Source of the DNA: an uncultured bacterium
Lineage (GTDB): Bacteria; Margulisbacteria; WOR-1; CAVSGV01
DNA length: 32,000 nucleotides
Assembly (NCBI GenBank): GCA_963699255.1
Contig: OY969425.1
Coordinates: forward strand, 720,001 to 752,000
Reading direction: 5' to 3'
Part shown: positions 16,933-26,000 of the stretch, one piece after another
Layout: every line of letters starts with the position of its first letter
Position numbering within the stretch: position 1 is the stretch's first letter
Program-made: the position numbers and the translations under genes
The notes under the pieces: model-generated
Database searches by the model: none
The model's input: the letters and a program-made list of their open reading frames with translations, nothing else
What the model was told of the DNA's origin: nothing

Positions 16933-19900
16933 TCAGGGTTTTGGATAAACCCAATCCACATCTCCCGCACTGTTCTTTATGACCCAGTATCCTCTTCCAG
17001 GCTCAAACGTCGTTAACGCCCCGCTCCAGCTCCCGCCGGAGTATATCGCGGGCTTCCATGTATTGTTGATATAACCCCACACCTTGTCAGATGAAGTTAA
17101 ATAACTGCTCAGGTTCGTCTGCGCCATCGTTCGCGTCGTGTTATATGCCGTGCCCACAAGATTAGCCTTTTGACCCTTTAAGGCTATCGTTCGATCTGTC
17201 CCCGATAAATTACCTGTGACCTCCACCGTTACAGCGCTGTTAACCTTTATCCAGTAACCCTTATCCGCTTCTATCGAAGTCAACGACCCTTTCCATGTCC
17301 CGTCATAATACGCTATTCTCCACCCGCTAGATGGCGAATAGGAATATATATATGCTGTTAACCCCGCCAGCTGATCCCCTATTACGCTGCTGATGGATGT
17401 ATCTTCCGGTATCACAGGCAGTGAGAACAGATTGAATCCAGCAGCCAGAGGCATCTTCAATCCAGGCGGCGTTATCGTGAGACTGAACTGCTTGTCATTT
17501 ACGACCGGCTGGCTGTCCCCAACCTCCACAGTGAACGTCTGGATCTCGAATGTAGACGGTGTCCCATGCAGCAAGCCGCTGGTTTCCAGCGTCAACCCAA
17601 GCGGCAGGCTCCCGCTTTTTAAGGACCACGTATATGGGGCCACTCCGCCCGTCGCGACAAGTGTCATATTATATGCGGAACCCTCCATCCCGTCCGGCAG
17701 CTGAGACGCCGTCGTGATTATCAACGGGTTTATCGCCGATGCCGTATATCCCGTATAATGGTAGCCCATGTCAACTGTCCCTGAATCGCCGTTCACTCCG
17801 TTCGGGTTGGTCCCATATCCATGCACATAGTCGAGTCCAAGGTCGGAAGCCTCGCCGGTACCCTTATCAATGCACTCCGAAGTAGTGAGAAGATACACAT
17901 TTCCTTTTGGCCCGCTGGCAAACAGCGGCTCCGAGCTGATATTGCCTGTACCCGTGTAGCCGTTCTGAATATCTGAATAGGTTACTGTTGGAGTGGAAGT
18001 GGCATCGTTGGAGATGCTTACTCCGGAAGTTTGATAATATATGATCGAGTTCTTGATCGTCGGGGAGCAGTTTTCGTCATAGATCCCGCCGCCGCTGTGC
18101 GCTTCCGCACTATTTAAAGTTAATGTGCAGTTTATGATGGTTGCGGGGCAATTATTGTTATAAATACCGCCGCCTTCGCTGGTCGCACTATTTGAAATAA
18201 AAGTACAGTTTTTGATCGTCGGAGAGCAGGGGTTGTAGTTATATAATGCGCCGCCGCCAAAGACACTTGTCGCGCTATTTGAAGTAAAGGTGCAGCTTTC
18301 AATGGTTGCGGACGCATAGTTGTTAACTATCGCTCCACCATAACCCCCGATATTTAAAGTAAAGGTACAGTTCGAGACTTCCGGGGAGGCGGCCCAATTA
18401 TACATACAGCCGCCGCCGTCCTGGCTGTATGTTCTATTTGATGTAAAGGTGCAGTTCGTGATGATAGAAGGTGTATTGGTGCCGGTGGTATTATAGTTAT
18501 ATATTGCGCCGCCGAAATCTCCGCTGTTCGACGCAAAGGAACAATTTGAAACCGTTGCGGTAGCATTGGAGTTATAAATCGCTCCGCCCTCGCTGGTCGC
18601 GCAATTTGAAGTAAAGTTGCAGTTCTTAATTATCGGGGAGGCAGTGGTAATATTATATATCCCGCCTCCGCCGGTACTCTTATTGCTGACAGTTGTTGAC
18701 TTATTTGAAGTAAAGGTGCAGTTTGTAATGGTCGGAGCGGAGCTGTTGTTAACTATCCCTCCGCCGCTACCCCCGGCACTGTTTGACTCAAAGGTGCAGT
18801 ATGAGATGAACGGAGACGAGCTGGCCCAGTTACGCATCCCGCCGGCGTTGCTTGTGGTCGCCCTATTTGAAGTAAAGGTGCAGTTCATTATGGTCGGGGA
18901 GGAACCGCTGTTATCCATCCCGGCAGCTACTGTCGCAACATTTGTAGTAAAGGCGCAGTACATGATGGTTGGGGAGGATCCGGTGAAGTCAGCCATCCCG
19001 CCGCCGCCTGATGCGAGGTTTAAATTAAAGGTGCAGTATATGACTTCGGGGGATGAGGTCAAGCAGTAGATCCCGCCGCCTTCGATCGTCGCATTATTGG
19101 AAGTAAACGCGCAGTTCGTTATGGTCGGAGAAGAGCTGGTAAGATAAAGCCCGCCGCCGTTGCCGGTCATATAACCCTTTTTAATCGTGAAATTCTCAAT
19201 AGTGGTGGGGGAACTAAGATTGGATCCATACATGCACTGGACCTTGCCCTCTCCGGATATTATGGTAGTGGTGGCGTCGCCGGTCGGGCTCCAATTACCG
19301 TCAAACCCTCCTTTTAAATATGTCCCGCTGTCCAGGGTAATGGTTTGTGTCAGGTGATAGACTCCCATCCTCACAAAGATAGCGTCACTGGTTACCGCGA
19401 CAGTCTCGGCGCTGTTGATCGTCTTGAACGGATCTGTCGGACTTCCGCTCCCGGGTCCCGCAACTCCGGCATCAACATACCAGTAATTATTGAAGTGTCC
19501 ATACGGCCCGGAGTCCAGGGTCGTCGGATTAGCTATGTTATCTCCATTGAAACTCTTTAGATGCAGATACCAGCCGTCGGTTGGCGCTTCCAATGTCAAA
19601 AGGCCGCTGCTCCAAGTGGTGCCCCCTCCTCCCCACGTCTCGGTCGCGCTCTGGGTCCATGTATATTGATAATACTGCACTCCTCCGGGTCCGAAGGCAG
19701 GCATGCTGGTGAATGTGCATGTTGTCCCGATCTTATTTGATGTCACATTGGGAGGAACAGCCCATGTATATTTCGCGTCAGTGGTCGATGGCAGAGATTC
19801 TCCGCCGTCGTTATATGAATGAACATGACGGGTATACTGGGTGTTGGCGGTCAATCCGCTCTCCACGGTGGTGTAGATCCCGGCACCTATGAGAGCTTCC

Positions 19901-22900
19901 AGACTTGAATAAGAATTATGCAAGCTATATCCTATTTCCCCAACTACGTTACTAGCCCATGACCAATGGATAGTAGAAACAGATTCTGCGGTGCCGAGGA
20001 AACCTGACGGCGCATCAGGATAAGCAACTCCACCTGTATATCCGGTATAATGATAGCCCATATCCACTATCCCGGTATCGCCTTTTGTCATATCCGTGTT
20101 GGTCCCACAACCCTCCGTCGATCCCAGCCCAATGGTGTTGGCGTCGCCGGAGCCGGAATTGGTGCATGGAGAGTAATCTAAAAGATGCACATCACCACCC
20201 GCCGCATTCACAAAGAGCGCATCCGCGCTGATATTGCCGGTCCCCGGGTAGCCCCCCTGAATGCAGGAGTAGGTTACCTCCGGAGTAGAAACGGCATCAT
20301 TAGAGATGTTCCCTCCAGAAGTTTGATAATATACAATCGAGTTCTTGATCTTTGGAGAGGCCGATGAGTAAGCATATATCCCGCCGCCATTCGCAGAACT
20401 ATTTGAAGTAAAAGTGCAGTTTGAAATGATCGGAGCGGAGGAGCTGAAATTCTGAATTCCACCGCCGTAAACAGACCCGCTGTTGAGAGTGAAAATACAG
20501 TTCGTAATGGTTGGAGAAGCAGCGATATTGAAAATTCCGCCGCCGGAACCACTTGTCGCACTATTTGAAATGAAAGAGCAATTTGAAATGCTTGGGGAAG
20601 AATTGCTGTTATATATACCGCCGCCGGACCCATTGGCCTTATTTGAAGTAAAAGCGCAGTTTGAAATCGCCGGGGTATCTAAAATGTTATAGATCCCGCC
20701 GCCATTATTACTTGCGTTGTTCGAAGTAAAAGCACAACTTGAAATGAGCGGATAAGATGAAGTGTAGTTGAATATTCCACTGCCATTGACCGCACTATTG
20801 AAAGTAAAGGCGCAGTTTAATATCTTTGGAGAAGATGTCGCGTTATACATTCCCCCACCGCCGTAGGAAGTGCTTTTTGCCTCATTCGAAGTGAATATAC
20901 AGCTGATTATCCTCGGAGAAGAATTGTTTAGATAAAGCCCCGCGCCGGCATCCGCGCTGCCGCTGCGAACGGTAAAATATTCAACAGTAGTTGCAGAACT
21001 AAGATAGGACCCATACATGCATCCGACTGTGGCATCTCCGGATATTACGGTAGTTGTGGCGTCGCCGGTTGAATTCCAATTACCATCAAATCCTCCTCTT
21101 AAATATGTCCCGCTGTCAAGAGTGATTGTGGATGTAAGACGATATACCCCCATCCTCACATAGATAGCTTCGCCGGTAACCGCTTTCGCCTCGGCACTGT
21201 TGATCGTTTTAAATGGATCTAATTGAGTGCCGCTCCCGGGTCCCGCAACTCCGGCATCCACATACCAGTACTTATTGAAAGGCCCGTACGGCCCGGAGTC
21301 CAGGGTCGTCGGATTGGCTATGTTATCTCCATTGAAACTCTTTAGATGCAGATACCAGCCGTCGGTTGGCGCTTCCAATGTCAAAAGGCCGCTGCTCCAA
21401 GTGGTGCTCCCTCCTCCCCAGGTCTCGGTTGCGCTCTGGGTCCATGTATATTGATAATACTGCACTCCTCCGGGTCCGAAGGCAGGCATGCTGGTGAATG
21501 TGCATGTTGTCCCGATCTTATTTGATGTCACATTGGGAGGAACAGCCAACGTATATTTCGCGTCAGTGGTCGACGGCAGTGACTCTCCGCCGTCGTTATA
21601 TGAATGAACATGACGGCTATACTGGGTGTTGGCGGTCAAACCGCTCTCCAGCGTTCCGGTAGCGTCAACCGTGGCAAGGCATATCAAATTGTGGTTGGCA
21701 TCATGCAGAGAATACCCTATCTCATCTATCACACTGCTGCTATCCCACGACCACTGGATTTGTGAAGTAGATTCAGCGGTGCCCAGGAAGCTTTCCGGCG
21801 TAGCAGGACAGGAAACCCCCGATAAATATCCGGAATAATGGTAGCCCATGTCCACGATCCCGGTATCGCCGTAGGCTTCATTAGTGTTGGTACCGAAACC
21901 CTCCAGCGAACTTAAGCCAAGAACATGGGCGTCGCCGCTTCCGGAATTGGTGCAGGGAGAGTAATCTAAAAGCCGCAGATTTGTGGGCGCGTTCACAAAG
22001 AGCGAATCAGCGCTGATATTTCCTGTCCCCGAATAGCCGCCTTGAATGCAAGAATAGGTTATAGCTGGGGAAGATCCGTTGCTGTTCCTTATGACGTTTA
22101 ATGATCCGGAATTCCCATAAATGATCGAGTTTAAAATATTCGGGGAGCAGTAGTTCGCATTACAGATCGCGCTGCCGTCGATGCCTGAGATGTTTGAATT
22201 AATGGTGCAGTTTGAAATGGTTGGGGAGGAATATAGGGTGTTATATATCCCGCCGCCGTACTGAGTGGCCTCATTTGAAGTAAAGGCGCAATTTGTAATG
22301 GTTGGGAAGGTAGGGTAGTTAGAGGCGGCAGAGCCATAGAACCCGCCGCCGTCAACTGCAACATTTGAAGTATAGGTGCAGTTTGAAATGTGCAGGGTGC
22401 TTAGGTAGGCGTTATACATCCCGCCGCCGTACTGAGTGGCCTCATTTGAAGTAAAGGTACAGTTTGAAATGGTTGGGGAGGTATGGTAGTTAGAGGCGGC
22501 ATTGCTATAGAACCCACCGCCGTCAACTGCAATATTTAAAGTAAAGGCGCAGTTTGAAATGGTTGAGGATGAGTAGTTGCTGATCCCGCCGCCATAGCTT
22601 GCAACGTTTGAAATAAAGGCGCTGTTCGAGATGATCGAGACGGAGGTGACGTTATATATCCCGCCGCCATAACCGGCTTCTGAGCTGTTTGAGGAAAATG
22701 TACAGCTTTCTATGGTCGGGCTGGAGTAGGTTTCGTTATATATCCCGCCGCCGCCGGATGTCGCGTCACATGAAGTAAAGGTGCAGCCAAAGATTCTCCG
22801 GAGAAGAGGTGTGGTTGAATATCCCTCCCCCATAGCCGTTGATCGAGCTGTTTGTTGTAAAACCGCAATTTGAGATGTTCGGGGAGGCACTTGCGTCATA

Positions 22901-23070
22901 TATCCCCCCTCCGTAACCGGTATTAGACTTATTTGAATGAAAAGTACAGCCGGAAATGGTCGGGGAAACACCGTTATTATATATCCCGCCGCCGTAACTC
23001 GTTGTGCTATTTGACTCAAAGGTGCAGTTTGAAATGTTCGGGGTGGAGGAGACAGTGTTGAATACTGCAC
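16933..23070 (-). CDS. C-terminal segment of giant modular beta-helix surface protein (third ORF; real coding probably begins near 22803)
   Basis: Rungs 'SPTISNCTFTSNSATxxGGGIYN', FnIII-like linkers, putative Ig-like 'TTASQLPDGMEGSAYNMTLVATGGVAPYTWSL…GLTLETSGLLHGTP', C-terminal GFNLFSLPVIPED…GYWIKV…GYWVIKNSAG. The first roughly 90 aa are out-of-frame readthrough of the upstream repeat. Confidence 0.85.
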   Translation of the reverse strand: MQYSTLSPPPRTFQTAPLSQIAQRVTAAGYIITVFPRPFPAVLFIQISLIPVTEGGYMTQVPPRTSQIAVLQQTARSTAMGEGYSTTPLLRRIFGCTFTSCDATSGGGGIYNETYSSPTIESCTFSSNSSEAGYGGGIYNVTSVSIISNSAFISNVASYGGGISNYSSSTISNCAFTLNIAVDGGGFYSNAASNYHTSPTISNCTFTSNEATQYGGGMYNAYLSTLHISNCTYTSNVAVDGGGFYGSAASNYPTFPTITNCAFTSNEATQYGGGIYNTLYSSPTISNCTINSNISGIDGSAICNANYCSPNILNSIIYGNSGSLNVIRNSNGSSPAITYSCIQGGYSGTGNISADSLFVNAPTNLRLLDYSPCTNSGSGDAHVLGLSSLEGFGTNTNEAYGDTGIVDMGYHYSGYLSGVSCPATPESFLGTAESTSQIQWSWDSSSVIDEIGYSLHDANHNLICLATVDATGTLESGLTANTQYSRHVHSYNDGGESLPSTTDAKYTLAVPPNVTSNKIGTTCTFTSMPAFGPGGVQYYQYTWTQSATETWGGGSTTWSSGLLTLEAPTDGWYLHLKSFNGDNIANPTTLDSGPYGPFNKYWYVDAGVAGPGSGTQLDPFKTINSAEAKAVTGEAIYVRMGVYRLTSTITLDSGTYLRGGFDGNWNSTGDATTTVISGDATVGCMYGSYLSSATTVEYFTVRSGSADAGAGLYLNNSSPRIISCIFTSNEAKSTSYGGGGMYNATSSPKILNCAFTFNSAVNGSGIFNYTSSYPLISSCAFTSNNASNNGGGIYNILDTPAISNCAFTSNKANGSGGGIYNSNSSPSISNCSFISNSATSGSGGGIFNIAASPTITNCIFTLNSGSVYGGGIQNFSSSAPIISNCTFTSNSSANGGGIYAYSSASPKIKNSIVYYQTSGGNISNDAVSTPEVTYSCIQGGYPGTGNISADALFVNAAGGDVHLLDYSPCTNSGSGDANTIGLGSTEGCGTNTDMTKGDTGIVDMGYHYTGYTGGVAYPDAPSGFLGTAESVSTIHWSWASNVVGEIGYSLHNSYSSLEALIGAGIYTTVESGLTANTQYTRHVHSYNDGGESLPSTTDAKYTWAVPPNVTSNKIGTTCTFTSMPAFGPGGVQYYQYTWTQSATETWGGGGTTWSSGLLTLEAPTDGWYLHLKSFNGDNIANPTTLDSGPYGHFNNYWYVDAGVAGPGSGSPTDPFKTINSAETVAVTSDAIFVRMGVYHLTQTITLDSGTYLKGGFDGNWSPTGDATTTIISGEGKVQCMYGSNLSSPTTIENFTIKKGYMTGNGGGLYLTSSSPTITNCAFTSNNATIEGGGIYCLTSSPEVIYCTFNLNLASGGGGMADFTGSSPTIMYCAFTTNVATVAAGMDNSGSSPTIMNCTFTSNRATTSNAGGMRNWASSSPFISYCTFESNSAGGSGGGIVNNSSAPTITNCTFTSNKSTTVSNKSTGGGGIYNITTASPIIKNCNFTSNCATSEGGAIYNSNATATVSNCSFASNSGDFGGAIYNYNTTGTNTPSIITNCTFTSNRTYSQDGGGCMYNWAASPEVSNCTFTLNIGGYGGAIVNNYASATIESCTFTSNSATSVFGGGALYNYNPCSPTIKNCTFISNSATSEGGGIYNNNCPATIINCTLTLNSAEAHSGGGIYDENCSPTIKNSIIYYQTSGVSISNDATSTPTVTYSDIQNGYTGTGNISSEPLFASGPKGNVYLLTTSECIDKGTGEASDLGLDYVHGYGTNPNGVNGDSGTVDMGYHYTGYTASAINPLIITTASQLPDGMEGSAYNMTLVATGGVAPYTWSLKSGSLPLGLTLETSGLLHGTPSTFEIQTFTVEVGDSQPVVNDKQFSLTITPPGLKMPLAAGFNLFSLPVIPEDTSISSVIGDQLAGLTAYIYSYSPSSGWRIAYYDGTWKGSLTSIEADKGYWIKVNSAVTVEVTGNLSGTDRTIALKGQKANLVGTAYNTTRTMAQTNLSSYLTSSDKVWGYINNTWKPAIYSGGSWSGALTTFEPGRGYWVIKNSAGDVDWVYPKP
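19340..19815 (-). repeat. high-identity linker repeat copy A (approximate bounds)
   Basis: Encodes GGVQYYQYTWTQSATETWGGG.TTWSSGLLTLEAPTDGWYLHLKSFNGDNIANPTTLDSGPYG..NNYWYVDAGVAGPG; near-identical DNA in copies B-E. Confidence 0.8.
21140..21610 (-). repeat. high-identity linker repeat copy B (approximate bounds)
   Basis: Same block as copy A; long exact runs such as tcggattggctatgttatctccattgaaactctttagatgcagataccagccgtcggttggcgcttcc. Confidence 0.8.
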
Positions 23071-26000
23071 CGCCTCCGGCTCCGGCGCTGTTCGAAGTGA
23101 ACGTGCAGTTTGAAATGGTCGGGGAAGAGGAGTTGTTGTTCCCTATCCCGCCGCCGCGGCCGGTGGACGCGTTATTTGCGGTATTTGAATTAAAAGTACA
23201 GTTTGAAATGGCCGGGGAAGCGTATCCGTTCCATATCGCGCCGCCGCCAAAAGTTGTGGTGCTGTTCGATCCAAAGGCACAAGATAAGAAGGTCGGGGAG
23301 GCGTAGTTGTTATATATCGCGCCGCCATAATTCGCGCTGGTATTTGAAGTAAAGGTGCAGTTTAAGACCTCCGGGGTAGAGTTGTGGCAATACATCGCGC
23401 CACCGCCCTGTCCGCTCGCGTTATTGAAACTAAAGGCGCAGTTCGTGATGGTCGGGGAGGAACTCTCAAGAGAAAGTCCGCCGCCATTGCCGGTAGTATA
23501 ACCTTTCTTTATGGTAAAGCCTTCGATCGTAGTAGCAGAACTAAGTCCGGTTCCATACAAACACTGGACTATGGCGTCCCCGGATATTATGGTAGTTGAG
23601 GCGTCACCGGTTGAACTCCAGTTACCGTCAAAACCTCCTTTTAAGTATGTCCCGCTATCCAGAGTAATTGTGGCCGTTAGTCGATATACTCCCATCCTCA
23701 CATAGATAGCTTCTCCGCTGGATGCTTTTGCCTCAGCGCTGTTGATCGTCTTGAACGGATCCGACGGAGTACCGGTTCCCGGACCGGCAACGCCGGCATC
23801 AACATACCAGTAATTATTGAAAGGCCCGTACGGCCCGGAGTCCAGGGTGGTCGGATTGGCTATGTTATCTCCGTTATAGCTCTTAAGATGCAGATACCAG
23901 CCGTCCGTTGGAGCTTCCAATGTCAAAAGGCCGCTGCTCCATGTGGTGCTCCCTCCTCCCCACGTCTCGGTCGCGCTCTGGGTCCATGTCCATTGATAGT
24001 ACTGCACTCCTCCGGGACCTACAGCCCCAAAAGTAGGCACACTGGTGAATGTGAACGACGTACCAACTTTATTATATGTGACACTGGGAGGGAGCGCCCA
24101 AGTGTATTTCGCGTCAGTGTTCGATGGCAGAGATTCTCCGCCGTCGTTATACGCATGCACGTGACGGCTGCACAGCGTATTGGCTGTCAATCCAGCCTCT
24201 TTGGTGGTGGTTGCGTCAGCTGCCTCGAGAACTTTCAAATTGTGATAATCATCATGCACAGAATATCCGATCTCGCCCGCCACATCGCTCCATGTCCATT
24301 GAATTTCTGAAGTTGAGCTTGCAGTGCCGCTGAATGTTGCCGGCGCGGCGGGACAGGGAACCCCGGATGAATATCCGGTGTAATGGTAACCCATATCCAC
24401 TATCCCGGTATCACCGTGAGTAGTATCCGGGTTTGTTCCATAACCCTCCAGCGATCCCAGCCCGAGCAAGTGGGCGTCGCCGGTCCCGGAATTTGTGCAC
24501 GGGGAATAATCTAAAAGATGCACATTCCCGGCCGGACCATTAACAAATTGCGGCTCCCCGCTGATATTGCCTGTCGCGGCAATTAACGGCTGGACACAGG
24601 AATATGTCACGATCGGATTAGAAGAGCTGATATTATAAATATTACCAGCATTAAGGGCGGCGCATGAATTTTTGCAAATGATCGAATTGGTTATCACAGG
24701 GGAACACGAGCCGAAATTATAGATCCCGCCGCCGTAACTCGTGGCGCTGTTTGAAGTTAAGGTGCAATTTGATATAGACGGGGAAGAATTACCTTCATCG
24801 TATATCGCGCCTCCGTTCACCGCGCTGTTCAAGGCGAAAGCGCAGTTGGAAATGACCGGTGAGCAGGACCCGTTGTTATATATACCGCCGCCATAATAAC
24901 CAGTCGAGCTGTTTGAAGTAAAGACGCAATTTATTATTACCGGGCAAGAAATAGACATGTCACAGATGCCGCCTCCGGCGGCCGCGCTGTTTGAAGTAAA
25001 GATGCAATTCATCACTTCCGGAGAAGAATAACTGTTAAATATGGCGCCGCCTGAGTTGCTCCCAATATTAGAAGTAAAGGTGCAGCTTGATATTATTGGA
25101 GAGGCTTTGTCGTTATAAATTCCGCCGCCCTGGTAAACATTATTTGAGGCGAAAAGACAATTCAAAATGAGCGGAGAAGTTTGAACATTATAGATCCCGC
25201 CCCCATAGCCATTATTCGTGTTATTTGTAAAGGCACAACCTGATATCTGCGGAGAGGAGTATAAGATATATATCCCGTTGCCGTTGCCACTTGCCTTATT
25301 TGAAGTAAAAGTACAATTAATTATGGATGCAGAGGACGAAATAAGATAAAGTCCTCCGCCACTGCCTGCGATAAAACCATTCTTTATAGTAAAGCCTTCA
25401 ACCGTAGTGGCGGAGCTAAGATTTTTCCCATACATGCACTGGACTATGGCATCTCCGGATATTATGGTAGTTGTGGCATCACCGGTTGAACTCCAGTTAC
25501 CGTCAAAGCCTCCTCTTAAATATGTCCCGCTATCGAGAGTAATGGTTTGGGTCAGATGATATACTCCCATCCTCACATAGATAGCTTCACCGCTGGATGC
25601 TTTCGCCTCAGCGCTGTTGATCGTTTTAAATGGATCCGAAGGAGTACCGGTTCCCGGCCCCGCAACTCCGGCATCAACATACCAGTAATTATTGAATGGC
25701 CCATACGGCCCGGAGTCCAGCGTGGTCGGATTTGCGATCCCATCACCGTTAAAGCTCTTAACATGCAAATACCAGCCGTCCGTTGGAGCTTCCAAAGTCA
25801 AAAGGCCGCTGCTCCAAGTTGTGCTCCCTCCTCCCCACGTCTCGGTCGCGCTCTGGGTCCATGTCCATTGATAATATTGCACTCCTCCGGGACCTACAGC
25901 CCCAAAAGTAGGCACGCTTGTGAATGTGAATGTGGTTCCGACTTTACTGGATGTCACATTGGGAGGAACAGCCCATGTATATTTCGCGTCAGTGGCCGAT

